The notes below the pieces were generated by a model. The model ran no database searches, was not told the DNA's origin, and saw nothing but the letters and a program-made list of their open reading frames with translations. Below, piece after piece: positions 1 through 11,229 of a stretch of DNA of 64,000 nt (its first letter is position 1; every line of letters starts with the position of its first letter). Origin of the DNA: an uncultured Actinomycetota bacterium (GTDB lineage Bacteria; Actinomycetota; Actinomycetes; JAHEKZ01); the NCBI GenBank assembly GCA_963743915.1, contig CAVURN010000005.1, positions 32,001 through 96,000 on the forward strand, in the 5' to 3' direction. Made by a program: the position numbers and the translations under genes.

Positions 1-1310
1 TCCGGACCCTTGAAACCGAACGCTGCCACGTAGGCGCGGGACGGCATCTCGACGTTGCCGACCTTGATCCAGTCGAGCCCGTCGGACACCACCTCGAAGA
101 GGGTCTTGTCGCCGTCGAGCCCGGAACGCCCCTGGTCGACGTATGAGATCTTGACGGTCTCGCCTACCTTGATCTCGCCGCCGTCCGGCTTCTCCTCGTC
201 GACGATCATGCGGAACAACGTGGTCTTGCCGACGCCGTTCGGCCCGATGACTCCGACGATCCCATTGCGGGGCAGTGTGAAGGACAGGCCGTCGAAGAGC
301 AGCCGCTCGTCGAAGCCCTTGACCAGGTCGTGCGCCTCGATGACGGTGCTGCCCAGACGCGGACCCGGTGGGATCTGGATCTCCTCGAAGTCGAGCTTGC
401 GGTGCTTGTCGGCCTCGGCTGCCATCTCCTCATACCGGTCCAGACGCGCCTTGCTCTTGGTCTGCCTCGCCTTCGCGTTCGACCGCACCCACTCGAGCTC
501 GTCCTGCAGGCGCTTCTTGCGCTTGGCGTCCTTCTGACCCTCGACCTTCAGCCGGGCGGCCTTCGCCTCGAGGTAGGTGGAGTAGTTGCCCTCGTACGGG
601 TAGGCCCGACCGCGGTCGAGTTCGAGGATCCACTGCGCGACGTTGTCGAGGAAGTACCGGTCGTGGGTGACCGCGACGACAGTGCCCGGATACTTCTCGA
701 GGTGCTGCTCGAGCCACAGCACGCTCTCGGCGTCGAGATGGTTGGTGGGCTCGTCGAGCAGCAGCAGATCGGGTTGCTGGAGCAGCAGCTTGCAGAGCGC
801 CACACGTCGTCGTTCACCACCGGAGAGGATGGTGACGTCGGCGTCCGGCGGGGGGCAGCGCAGTGCGTCCATCGCCTGCTCGAGCTGTGAGTCGAGGTCC
901 CAGGCGTTGCGGTGGTCGAGCTGCTCCTGCAGGGTGCCCATCTCAGCCATCAGCGCGTCGAAGTCGGCGTCCGGCTCGGCCATCTGCTGCGAGATCTCGT
1001 TGAACCGGTCGAGCATCCCCTTGGTCTCGGCGACGCCTTCCTGCACGTTCTCGAGGACGTTCTTGTCCGGGTTCAGCTCGGGCTCCTGCAGCAGGATGCC
1101 CACCGTGTATCCGGGGGTGAGCATGGCGTCACCGTTGGAGGGCTGGTCCAGGCCCGCCATGATCTTCAGCACGCTCGACTTGCCGGCCCCGTTCGGGCCG
1201 ACGACACCGATCTTGGCGCCGGGGTAGAACGCCAGGGTCACGTTGTCGAGGATGACCTTGTCGCCGTGCGCCTTGCGCGCCTTGGACATGGTGTAGATGA
1301 ACTCAGCCAT
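1..1310 (-). CDS. ettA: energy-dependent translational throttle protein EttA (ABC-F ATPase), 3' end outside window
   Basis: Read manually on the minus strand: MAEFIYTMSKARKAHGDKVILDNV..., Walker A GPNGAGKS, LSGGERRRVALC, LLLDEPTNHLD, second Walker A GPNGVGKT. Confidence 0.95.
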   Translation of the reverse strand, partial: MAEFIYTMSKARKAHGDKVILDNVTLAFYPGAKIGVVGPNGAGKSSVLKIMAGLDQPSNGDAMLTPGYTVGILLQEPELNPDKNVLENVQEGVAETKGMLDRFNEISQQMAEPDADFDALMAEMGTLQEQLDHRNAWDLDSQLEQAMDALRCPPPDADVTILSGGERRRVALCKLLLQQPDLLLLDEPTNHLDAESVLWLEQHLEKYPGTVVAVTHDRYFLDNVAQWILELDRGRAYPYEGNYSTYLEAKAARLKVEGQKDAKRKKRLQDELEWVRSNAKARQTKSKARLDRYEEMAAEADKHRKLDFEEIQIPPGPRLGSTVIEAHDLVKGFDERLLFDGLSFTLPRNGIVGVIGPNGVGKTTLFRMIVDEEKPDGGEIKVGETVKISYVDQGRSGLDGDKTLFEVVSDGLDWIKVGNVEMPSRAYVAAFGFKGP

Positions 1311-1362
1311 GTCGGGAAGCCTAACGAGCGGCGTCCCGCCCGCTCTGGCCGGTGTGCCGGCG

Positions 1363-1752
1363 TCAGGCGACCTCGGGAGCCGCCTGTGGCTCCGCGCGAC
1401 GGTGACGTGTGAACGTGGACCGGCCACGCGACAGGTCGTGACCGACCGAGGTGGCGATCACCTGGATCGACTGCCGCGGCCCCTGCTCGCTCTCCCATGT
1501 GGACACCCGCAGTCGGCCTCGCACGAGCACGGGGTCACCTTTGTGGATGGATGCGGCGACGTGGTCGGCAAGCGCCTTCCAGCACACCACGTCGAGCCAG
1601 ACGGTCTCGCGGTCGACCCACTCCCCTGTCGCGCGGTCGAGATACCGCTCAGCGGTCGCCATCCGGAAGCGTGCACGGTTGCTGCGCTCCCCCGCCGCGT
1701 GGCTGACATCGGTGCCCACCGTGCCGGCGACGGTCACGAAGATCTCGTTCAT
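1363..1752 (-). CDS. ssb: single-stranded DNA-binding protein (secondary Ssb, no acidic tail)
   Basis: OB-fold pattern VTVAGTVG...[29 protein letters not shown]; usual position upstream of ettA. Confidence 0.88.
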   Translation of the reverse strand: MNEIFVTVAGTVGTDVSHAAGERSNRARFRMATAERYLDRATGEWVDRETVWLDVVCWKALADHVAASIHKGDPVLVRGRLRVSTWESEQGPRQSIQVIATSVGHDLSRGRSTFTRHRRAEPQAAPEVA

Positions 1753-1807
1753 GGTGCCCTCCTGGAGGTCGGAAGCCCTCAGGGTGGTGCAGAGCAGGTG
1801 TCTGTCG

Positions 1808-1834
1808 CACCGACTGCCTTCGTCCTGTGGATAG
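1808..1834 (-). promoter_or_regulatory. bipartite motif CTATCCACAG-N10-GTCGGTG upstream of ssb
   Basis: Same motif and spacing recurs at 58867-58893. Confidence 0.45.
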
Positions 1835-3293
1835 CCATCGCCCAGTCCCAACTAGGGTGGGAGAGGTCGCCCAGAGGAGACTCCACGTGCCAGGACCAGA
1901 GCCCCGGCCGCCCGACGCATGTGACGCGGTGGTCGTGTTCGGCGTCACCGGTGACCTGTCCTACAAGAAGATCTTTCCTGCGCTTCACAACCTGGCACGC
2001 CGCGGACGACTGAACGTGCCCGTCGTCGGGGTGGCCCGCGGCGACCGCACGGAGGACTGGCTGCGATCACACATCAGAAGCAGCATCGCCGAACACGCCG
2101 AGCAACCGGACGCTGCGGCCACCGACGAGCTCGAGAAGCAGCTGGTCTTCGTCGCCGGCGACTACCAGGACCCCAACACCTTCGAGCGACTGACGCGGGT
2201 CCTCGAGCACAGCCGGTGCCCGCTGTACTACCTCGCCATCCCACCCAGCCTGTTCGAGACGGTCGTCGGACAGCTCGCCACCGCCGGGCTTGCCGCCCGT
2301 GGGCGGGTGGTGGTGGAAAAACCCTTCGGGCGCGACCTGGCATCGATGCGCGAGCTCGACGAGGTTCTCCACACCGCCTTCGGTGAGAACGACGTCTTCC
2401 GGATCGACCACTACCTGGGCAAGGAGTCCGTCCAGAATCTCCTGTACTTCCGCTTCGCCAACTCGTTCCTCGAGCCGCTCTGGAACCGCGCCCACGTGTC
2501 GAGCATCCAGATCACGATGGCCGAGAGCTTCGGCGTGGAGGGTCGAGGCGCGCTGTACGAGGAGCTGGGCGCGGTGCGGGACGTGGTGCAGAACCACTTG
2601 CTGCAGGTGGTCTCGCTGCTGGCCATGGAACCGCCCGTCCGCAACGAACCGGGCCCGCTGCGCGACGAGCGCGTCAAGGTCTTGCACGCCATTCGCCCGC
2701 CCTCCCCTGCAGACCTGGTGCGCGGTCAGTACCTCGGCTACACCGATGAGGCTGGGGTGTCAGCGGGCTCGACCACCGAGACCTATGCGGCCCTGCGACT
2801 TCACATCGACTCGTGGCGGTGGAACGGGGTGCCCGTGCTGATCCGCGCAGGCAAACAGCTTCCCGTCACGGCCACCGAGGTCCTGGCGACGTTCCACCGT
2901 CCGCCCCAGCGACTGTTCGACGAGACCCTGCCACGCGACAGCAACCACCTGCGCTTCCGGCTCGGACCGGACCGGGTCTCGATCGCCCTGGGCGTCCGTA
3001 GCAAACGACCGGGCGAGGTACAGGTCGGTCGCAACGTGGAGCTCTACACCTGCGATGACGAGGTCGGCACCATGACCGCCTACGAGCGCCTCATCGACGA
3101 CGCCATGGACGGTGACCCCACGTTGTTCGCGCGCGCGGACGCCGTGGCGGCGTCCTGGCAGATCGTGGACAGCCTGCTGGACGGCGGCCTCGACAAGGCA
3201 CCGGAGCTTTACCGCCCCGGCACCTGGGGCCCGGCAGCGGGCGACGCACTCGCCGCCGATGTCGGGGGCTGGCACGAGCCGGGTCCTGAGTGA
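1827..3293 (+). CDS. zwf: glucose-6-phosphate 1-dehydrogenase (true start probably near 1887)
   Basis: FGVTGDL, VEKPFG and RIDHYLGKE motifs. Confidence 0.95.
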   Translation: MDSHRPVPTRVGEVAQRRLHVPGPEPRPPDACDAVVVFGVTGDLSYKKIFPALHNLARRGRLNVPVVGVARGDRTEDWLRSHIRSSIAEHAEQPDAAATDELEKQLVFVAGDYQDPNTFERLTRVLEHSRCPLYYLAIPPSLFETVVGQLATAGLAARGRVVVEKPFGRDLASMRELDEVLHTAFGENDVFRIDHYLGKESVQNLLYFRFANSFLEPLWNRAHVSSIQITMAESFGVEGRGALYEELGAVRDVVQNHLLQVVSLLAMEPPVRNEPGPLRDERVKVLHAIRPPSPADLVRGQYLGYTDEAGVSAGSTTETYAALRLHIDSWRWNGVPVLIRAGKQLPVTATEVLATFHRPPQRLFDETLPRDSNHLRFRLGPDRVSIALGVRSKRPGEVQVGRNVELYTCDDEVGTMTAYERLIDDAMDGDPTLFARADAVAASWQIVDSLLDGGLDKAPELYRPGTWGPAAGDALAADVGGWHEPGPE

Positions 3294-3306
3294 AGGTGGT
3301 GACTGT

Positions 3307-3924
3307 TCAGCCACGCGCTGTGCGCGAGTAGTGAGCACGCACCTTTGCGCGGTTCCCACAGGTGCGCATGTCGCACCAACGCCGGTTGCCTGCTCGACTC
3401 GTGTCGAGGAAAAGCCATCCGCAGCCACCGGCATCCACCGGGCACTGGCGCACCAGAGCCAGCTCCGGCTCAGTGAGCAGGTCCCAGGCGTCGATCGCGA
3501 CCGGCCAGAGCACCTGCGTCAGTGTGTCCGCCGGACGCCACTCCTCGCGCACGCCACCTCGTTCGTCCGGGCCAAGAACCCGGTGGCCGATGCTCTCGCC
3601 CAGGGCGTGGTTGAGCTTCGCCAGGTCCGAGCGCCGCACGTCCTCCTGCAGACGGGACGCCTGCACCAGGGCGAAGACAGCCTCACGCATGCCAACCGCC
3701 TGACGATGCGCCGCCCACGCCTCTTCCGGATGGAGACGCGCTCGACGGTGCAGCCACGAGAGGGAGCGTGGTAGCGCGACGTCTTCGAACTGGAACCAGT
3801 CCAGCACCGCGTCGTAGTCCGGCAGGTAATCGTGGCTCCCTCCGGGACGACGCGGGTCGACCGTGTTGGCGAAGTCCAGGCAGAGGCGTCCGCCGACGCG
3901 GACCGGGAACGCAGTTGAGCTCAC
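3307..3924 (-). CDS. ABATE/CGNR zinc-finger protein
   Basis: LCLDFANT at N-terminus; C...CGWLFLDTSRAGNRRWCDM..CGNRAK. Confidence 0.9.
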   Translation of the reverse strand: MSSTAFPVRVGGRLCLDFANTVDPRRPGGSHDYLPDYDAVLDWFQFEDVALPRSLSWLHRRARLHPEEAWAAHRQAVGMREAVFALVQASRLQEDVRRSDLAKLNHALGESIGHRVLGPDERGGVREEWRPADTLTQVLWPVAIDAWDLLTEPELALVRQCPVDAGGCGWLFLDTSRAGNRRWCDMRTCGNRAKVRAHYSRTARG

Positions 3925-3932
3925 GCGAAGAT

Positions 3933-3967
3933 CCTAACCGGCCTAACCGGTATCAAGCTCAAGGTTG
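3933..3967. promoter_or_regulatory. putative operator: CCTAACCGG direct repeat and TAACC-N14-GGTTG imperfect palindrome
   Basis: Seen directly between the divergent CGNR and NUDIX genes. Confidence 0.4.
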
Positions 3968-4020
3968 CGCCCTCGGGTCCGCTCCAGGGAGGCTGATGGA
4001 CCGTCGAGAGGACCGCTGAC

Positions 4021-4497
4021 ATGCCGAAGCGAAGCGCCGGACTACTGCCCTATCGCTGGCGTGGAGAGTGGCTTGAGGTGTTCCTCGTCCATCCGGGCGG
4101 CCCCTTCTGGGCATCGAAGGACGAGGGAGCCTGGTCGATCGCCAAAGGCGAGTACGACCCGGGCGAGGACCCTCTGACGGTCGCGCGCCGCGAGTTCGAG
4201 GAGGAAGTGGGTCAGCCGCCGCCGAGCGGCACCCCGACCCACCTCGGTGAAGTGAGACTCGCGAGCGGGAAGCTCGTGACCGCGTTTGCCGTCGCATCCG
4301 ACTTCGAGGTGGACCAGGTTCAGAGCAACACGTTCACCATGGAGTGGCCACCCCGGTCAGGACGAGTGGGCGAGTACCCCGAGGTCGACCGCGGCGAGTG
4401 GATGCGAATTGCAGAGGCCCGCGTCAAGCTCAACGCCGGGCAGGTGCCGTTGTTGGACCACCTCCAGGAGCAGCTGCGCCTCCTGGAGCGCAACTGA
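4021..4497 (+). CDS. NUDIX hydrolase
   Basis: KGEYDPGEDPLTVARREFEEEVG Nudix box; HPGGPFW. Confidence 0.9.
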   Translation: MPKRSAGLLPYRWRGEWLEVFLVHPGGPFWASKDEGAWSIAKGEYDPGEDPLTVARREFEEEVGQPPPSGTPTHLGEVRLASGKLVTAFAVASDFEVDQVQSNTFTMEWPPRSGRVGEYPEVDRGEWMRIAEARVKLNAGQVPLLDHLQEQLRLLERN

Positions 4498-4550
4498 CTC
4501 CCGCGTCGTCGACCGGAGGGGAGAAGACGTCACGTCGTCAGGGTGTCCAG

Positions 4551-5684
4551 TCAGGCGTCGACTGCAGACTCCTCGACGCTCGGGCGACGGATCAGGTGCA
4601 CGGCGGGACTCTTGAACAGCGCCGTCACCCGGGTACCGGGGACCAGCTCGAGATCGTCGCGGGAGGCCCGGGTGATGAAGGCATCCAGCGGGAACCCGGC
4701 GTCCAGCCCGACACGCACGAGCGGTCCCTCCGGTGAGACCGATGTGACCGCCGCTGGCAGGTGGTTGCGCACGCTGCTCGTCCTGCCGTGCAGCTCGTGA
4801 ATGTCGGCAGGCAGCTCGAGCGCGACGTCCTCGGGACGGATGCAGACGATCACCTCATCGCCGACACTCAGCCCGCCATCCTCGTCGCGGACGATGGCGC
4901 TGAGCTCATGGCCATCGACGCGCACGGTCGCGACGCCACGCGCGACCGCCACCACGCTGGCGAGCAGCGCGCTCTCGACGCCGACTGCTCGTGCCACGTC
5001 GGCGTCCACAGGATGGGCGAAGACATCCGCGACAGGTCCCACTTGGCGGACCGCGCCGTCCAGCAGCACAACGACGCGGTCGCCCAGGGCGAGCGCCTCA
5101 TCCCTGTCGTGCGTGACAACGAGAGTCGGCACAGCCTCGGTGAGCAGGATCCGGCGGAGCTCGGTGCGCAAGCGGGTGCGGGTCGGGAGGTCGAGCGCGG
5201 ACAGCGGCTCGTCCAGTAGCAGCAGGCGGGGTCGCGGTGCCAACGCCCGGGCCAGCGCCACCCGTTGCGCCTCGCCCCCGGAAAGCTGAGGGACCCTCCG
5301 GTTCACCAGGTGGGCGGAGTGAGCAGCAACAAGAGCCTCGTGAGCTCTCTCCTTCCGCTCGGACCGTGGCAAGGAGTGGAGCCCATACGTGACGTTGGCC
5401 ATGACGTCGAGATGCGGGAAGAGTGCGTGGTCCTGGAACAGCAGGCCCACCTTTCTGCGCCGTGCGGGGACGAACCTGCGGCGTCCGTCGTCCCAGAGGT
5501 CACCGGCCACCGTGACGTGGCCGCCGACCGTGCGATCGAGCCCCGCGAGCACGCGCAAGAGCGTCGTCTTGCCCGACCCTGAAGGTCCGAAGAGCACGGT
5601 GACCGGTGGGCCGGCCATGGGCAGGGACACGGCAGCATGCACGACATGGCGCCGCACGTCGAGGTCGAGTGTCGCCTCGTTCAT
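4551..5684 (-). CDS. modC: molybdate ABC transporter ATP-binding protein
   Basis: GPSGSGKT, LSGGEAQR, LLLDEP, C-terminal TOBE-like repeats; operon context. Confidence 0.9.
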   Translation of the reverse strand: MNEATLDLDVRRHVVHAAVSLPMAGPPVTVLFGPSGSGKTTLLRVLAGLDRTVGGHVTVAGDLWDDGRRRFVPARRRKVGLLFQDHALFPHLDVMANVTYGLHSLPRSERKERAHEALVAAHSAHLVNRRVPQLSGGEAQRVALARALAPRPRLLLLDEPLSALDLPTRTRLRTELRRILLTEAVPTLVVTHDRDEALALGDRVVVLLDGAVRQVGPVADVFAHPVDADVARAVGVESALLASVVAVARGVATVRVDGHELSAIVRDEDGGLSVGDEVIVCIRPEDVALELPADIHELHGRTSSVRNHLPAAVTSVSPEGPLVRVGLDAGFPLDAFITRASRDDLELVPGTRVTALFKSPAVHLIRRPSVEESAVDA

Positions 5685-6355
5685 GTCCGCCCCCATACCG
5701 CCGGACTGCGCCTCTGCAGGACGTAGGTCGCCGTGAGTACCACGAAGGAGAAGAGGAGGAGCGCCAGACTCGTTCTCCCGGCGGTGGCGTAGTCGAAGGA
5801 CTGCACCGAGTCGTAGACCGAGATCGACAGCGTGCGAGTCTCACCAGGGATGTTGCCGCCGACCATGAGCACCACGCCGAACTCGCCCACGGTGTGCGCG
5901 AAGGTGAGCACCGCCGCAGTGGCCAGGCCGGCCCTCGACAGCGGGAGCGCGATCCGCAGCAGGGTGACCACAGAGCCCCGACCGAGCACCGCAGAGGCCT
6001 CGAGCAACCGTCGGTCGAGCTGGGCGAACGCCGCCAACAGAGGCTGCACGGCGAAGGGCAGGCTGTAGAGGACCGAGGCGATGACCAGCCCACGGAAAGT
6101 GAACGCGAGGGTGGTGCCGGTGAGGTCCTGCCACCAGCGACCGATCGGGGACTGGGCACCGAGGGCGACCAGCAGGTAGTAGCCGAGCACGGTGGGCGGC
6201 AGGACAAGGGGAAGCGCGACGACCGCCTCGACGAGGACCGGCCACCGACGGCGTGTGAAGGCGAGCCAGCCCGCGAGGGGGACCGCGATGGCCAGCAGGA
6301 TGACGGTGGTCACGACGCTGAGCCGGACGGTCAGGCCCACCGCCTCCCAGTCCAC
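5681..6355 (-). CDS. modB: molybdate ABC transporter permease
   Basis: LPLVLPPTVLGYYLL, GEFGVVLMVGGNIPGETRT. Confidence 0.95.
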   Translation of the reverse strand: MDWEAVGLTVRLSVVTTVILLAIAVPLAGWLAFTRRRWPVLVEAVVALPLVLPPTVLGYYLLVALGAQSPIGRWWQDLTGTTLAFTFRGLVIASVLYSLPFAVQPLLAAFAQLDRRLLEASAVLGRGSVVTLLRIALPLSRAGLATAAVLTFAHTVGEFGVVLMVGGNIPGETRTLSISVYDSVQSFDYATAGRTSLALLLFSFVVLTATYVLQRRSPAVWGRT

Positions 6356-6358
6356 CGC

Positions 6359-7171
6359 TCAGCCGCCCTTCGGCAGGGAGAACCCGTACCTCTGCAGGAT
6401 CTCCCGGCCCTCCGCGCCGAGGATCACGTCGCGTACGTTGCGAGCTGCGTCCGGGTCACCAGCGGCCGCGAGCACCACACCGCCCTGATCGAGCCGCGCG
6501 AACGAGTCGAGCGGGACGCGGGCCCACGCGCCCTCGTCGGCAACCCCTGGCGCCAACACCAGCGACAGCGCCACCACGCCGGCATCGGCGTTGCCGGAGA
6601 GCACGAACTCCGCCGCCTGTGCCACGTTCTCGCCGAGCACCAGCTTCGGTTGTACGTCCCCGTACACCGCGAAGTGCTTCATCGCTTCCACGGCCGCCAC
6701 CCCGTAGGGGGCATGCTCGGGATTGGCGATCGCCACCGTGCTGATGGACGGGTCTGCCAACGCGGAGAGGTCGCCGGTGGGCCGGGGGCCCTCGCCATCG
6801 GACACCCACTCGACAAGACGCCCGACCGCGTACGGAAAGAGGTCCTGCTCGACCGCGAGGCCACGGTCGACGAGGTCGCGCGGGTACTGCAGGTCCGCCG
6901 ACAGGTAGAGGTCGAACGGCGCGCCGTTGACGATCTGCTGAAGGAACGTTCCGGAGGAGCCGTACGTCGTCGTGACCTCGACGTCCGGGTACTCCTTGCG
7001 GACGAGATCGATGATCTCCTCGAGGGCGAACTGCAGGTCTGACGCCGCGGCGATGCGGACCACGCCGTTGCCACCCGAGGTCGTCGCTGCCCTCTCCGGC
7101 GACGGGTCCGAGCACGCGCCGAGCGCGAGGCCCAGTCCGACGAGGACAACGATCAGCCGAGAGGGCGTCAC
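6359..7171 (-). CDS. modA: molybdate ABC transporter substrate-binding lipoprotein
   Basis: Lipobox LGAC; AAASDL, GSSG, IANPEHAPYG. Confidence 0.95.
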   Translation of the reverse strand: MTPSRLIVVLVGLGLALGACSDPSPERAATTSGGNGVVRIAAASDLQFALEEIIDLVRKEYPDVEVTTTYGSSGTFLQQIVNGAPFDLYLSADLQYPRDLVDRGLAVEQDLFPYAVGRLVEWVSDGEGPRPTGDLSALADPSISTVAIANPEHAPYGVAAVEAMKHFAVYGDVQPKLVLGENVAQAAEFVLSGNADAGVVALSLVLAPGVADEGAWARVPLDSFARLDQGGVVLAAAGDPDAARNVRDVILGAEGREILQRYGFSLPKGG

Positions 7172-7566
7172 TGCGCAACCACATCGACCGCCTCGACGAT
7201 GACGGTCGTCGCCTTCACCACCGCCGCCGCCAGGGTGCCCGGCTCCAGGCCCAGCTCGTCGGCCGCCTCACGGGACATGAGGGACACAAGGCGGAACGGG
7301 CCCGCCTGGATCTCCACCTGTGCCATGACACCGTCGCGCTGGACGTCGGTGACGATCCCCTCGAGGCGATTGCGTGCAGAGGACTCGTGCGAGCTCTCCT
7401 GCGGCCACTGGTTGCGCGCAAAGTGGGCGACGTCGACCCCTGGGACGACCGTCCGACCCGCGTCGTCCCGGCCGCTGCCGAGCTTGCCCTGGTCGATCCA
7501 CCGCCGCACCGTGTCGTCGCTGACCCGAAGCAGGGCGGCCACCTCACTGACCCGCAAGTTCGTCAT
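7168..7566 (-). CDS. HTH (excisionase-like) plus TOBE molybdate-binding regulator
   Basis: VSEVAALLRVSDDTVRRW; SARNRLEGIV; heads the mod operon. Confidence 0.88.
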   Translation of the reverse strand: MTNLRVSEVAALLRVSDDTVRRWIDQGKLGSGRDDAGRTVVPGVDVAHFARNQWPQESSHESSARNRLEGIVTDVQRDGVMAQVEIQAGPFRLVSLMSREAADELGLEPGTLAAAVVKATTVIVEAVDVVAQ

Positions 7567-7629
7567 GAATCGGCACTCTATACCGATTCTGCGGATCCCT
7601 TCGCGATTTTCCTCCGCACTCGCCGTACC

Positions 7630-8391
7630 TTAGGGCCGCGCGCCTGAGGGGGAATCCTGCTCGCTGAGGTCGACCATGGTCGGCGCGTCGTGCAGTGACC
7701 GGCCCTGCTGATGACGCTGCACCTCGCGACGTACGTTGGCCGACTCACGCTCGATGGTGCCCAGCCAGCGCTCCCACACCTGCTGCATCGGACGGACGAG
7801 CCCACCGCCGATCCCGACGATGAGGATGCCCGCAACGGTGGCCAGCACCGCGACGAGGACGGGTGTCGTGATGGTCGCCGCGACACCGATCTGGTCCAGA
7901 GCGGCGATGATCCCGAGCCCCAGGATGAAGACCGCAGCGATGTTGGCCAGCACGCGGCCGTACGACAGTCCCCCGAGCACCCCCGTGACGATCTCTCGCA
8001 CTGCACTGGCGATCGCGGCCGCGACGACCACGATGACGATGGCGACGATCGCCTGTGGAAGCCAGGCGATGATGCTGGCCAGAAGCTCACTCACCGCGTT
8101 GGGGCCGAAGACACCGAAGGCCATCTGCAGGGCTAGCAGCAGCACGGCGACGTAGACGATCTTGGCCACCAGGTCGCTGGCGTCGTACCGCGAGGACTCC
8201 AGAGCACGTCCGACACCGCCCCGTTCGACGGCTCGGTCGAAACCGACCCGCTCCAGGACCACGTCGGTCGCCTTGCTCAGAACCTTGGCCAGCAGCCATC
8301 CGATCAGCAAGATGATCAGGAAGGCGGCCAGCTTCGGAAGGAAGGTGGCCACGCTGTTCCAGGCGTTCGTCCAGCCTGTCTCGAAGTCCAT
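7630..8391 (-). CDS. CmpX/MscS TM-helix membrane protein
   Basis: FLPKLAAFLIILLIGW, multiple TM segments, VGIGGGLVRPMQQ. Confidence 0.8.
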   Translation of the reverse strand: MDFETGWTNAWNSVATFLPKLAAFLIILLIGWLLAKVLSKATDVVLERVGFDRAVERGGVGRALESSRYDASDLVAKIVYVAVLLLALQMAFGVFGPNAVSELLASIIAWLPQAIVAIVIVVVAAAIASAVREIVTGVLGGLSYGRVLANIAAVFILGLGIIAALDQIGVAATITTPVLVAVLATVAGILIVGIGGGLVRPMQQVWERWLGTIERESANVRREVQRHQQGRSLHDAPTMVDLSEQDSPSGARP

Positions 8392-8590
8392 CGTCGCTCC
8401 TCGCGCGTCTCGGGCCCCGCGGGTGCAGCGGCCAAGTCCTCCCGTCGTTCCCCCTGACGGCCGGACCAAACCCGTGGCTCCTCCAGCCGGTTCCTGGGGC
8501 CTTTGGCACTGACGGTTCACGCCCAGGCGTGATGGGCTACCCGTAGGCGTCTGAGTGCCGACAATCTGAGGCTTCGAAGGAAGTGGTCTC

Positions 8591-9516
<926 letters not shown>

Positions 9517-9524
9517 CCGGCTCG

Positions 9525-11155
9525 ATGAGCGGTTTCGTCGGAACGATGCGGCTGATCCGCCTGGCACTTCGGCGTGACCGCATCACCCTTCCGGCGTGGA
9601 TCCTCGGAATGTCCGCCTTTCTGGCCGCGACGACGGCGATGTTCGAGGACAGCTACGGAGAGCAACCCGATGCTCCTGGAGCCGGACACCCGGATCGTCG
9701 TGGAGAACCCCGGCATGCGGGTCCTCGGACTGGTGACAGGCCAGTCGGTCGGCGGCTACACCCTGCACCGTGACGCGCTGACCCTGGCCGTGCTTGCCGC
9801 ACTGATGAGCATCCTCGCCGTCGTCCGGCACACCCGGCAGGCCGAGGAGCTCGGACGTGCGGAGATGCTCGGAGCCGGTGTGGTCGGTCGCTACGCATCG
9901 CTGGCCGCGGCTGTCGATCGTCGCGCTCGCGGCGAACGTGGTGCTGGCGCTCATGCTCGGGCTTGCGATGGTCGTCGCGGGACAGCCGGTCGCGGGGTCT
10001 CTGGTTGCAGGTGCGTCGATCGCACTCGTGGGCGTCGCCTTCACCGGCGTGGCGGCGGTGACGTCGCAGCTGGCTTCCACCACTCGCGGAGCCAGCGGTC
10101 TCGCCGGGGCGGCTCTCGGCCTCTCGTTCATGCTGGCGGCGCTGGGGAACATGCTGGGCACGGTCGACTCCGTCGCCCTGCGGGTCACCAGCGCCTGGCC
10201 GGCGTGGCTGTCCCCGATCGGCTGGGGACAGCAGATGCGACCCTTCGCCGACAACCTGTGGTGGCCCCTCGGTCTCTCCCTGCTTCGGCACTGCCTCGCT
10301 GTTCTGGCCTGGCAGTCGTCCTCGTGGGAAGGCGGGACGTCGGGCGGGGGATGTGGCCGGAGCGCGTGGGAGCCGCACACGCAAGCCCCGCGCTGTTGAG
10401 CCCGACCGGTCTCGTCTGGAGGCTCCAGCGCGGCGCCCTGACCGGTTGGGCGGTCGGGCTGCTGGGCTTCGGCCTGGTCTTCGGGGCCCTGAGCGACCAG
10501 ATCGGTGGTCTCAAGGGAGCCGCAACGGACTGGTACGCCACCTTCGGCGGCGAGGCAGACCTGATCGGCGCCTACTGGGCCTCGATGATGCAGCTCGCCG
10601 GAATGGCGGTGGCGGCCTACGTGGTGACGCTCCTGCTCCGCATGCACCACGACGAGGCGCAGGGCACCCTGGAGCCGGTGCTCGGCACCGCGGTCTCCCG
10701 GACTCGCTGGCTGGGGGCGTACGCCATGAATGCCCTCGTCGGGCTCGCTGTTGCTGCTCATGGTCTTCGCCGTGTCGATGGCCGTCGTCGGCGGACAGGT
10801 TCTCGGTGACACGCCGACGCTGCTGCGCGACCTCATCGGAGCCGCACTGGTCCAGCTCCCCGCCATCGCCGTCCTCGGTGGCGCTGTCGTGGCAGCGATC
10901 ATGTTCCTGCCCCGGTGGTCGGTCGGGTTGTCCTGGGCGCTGGTCGTGCTGTCGATCTTCGTGGGTCCGATGTTCGGCCCTTCGCTCCAGCTGCCCGCGT
11001 GGCTGCTGGACCTGTCGCCCTTCACCCACGTGCCCAACGCACCGGCCGTCGCGGTGACCGTGGCACCGATCCTCGGTCTTGCGCTGGCGTCCGCACTGCT
11101 TGCCGCTGCAGGAGTCATCTCGCTTCGCCGACGCGACCTCGCTCTGCCAGCCTGA
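9525..11155 (+). CDS. ABC-2 type exporter permease (frameshifted)
   Basis: [37 protein letters not shown] across frames. Confidence 0.82.
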
Positions 11156-11229
11156 AGGGCACCATCCCGCCAAGCGTGTCCCTGGGAAGAAGGTGAAGTG
11201 ACGAATCCGTAGCCAGGGACAGCGGCCAG

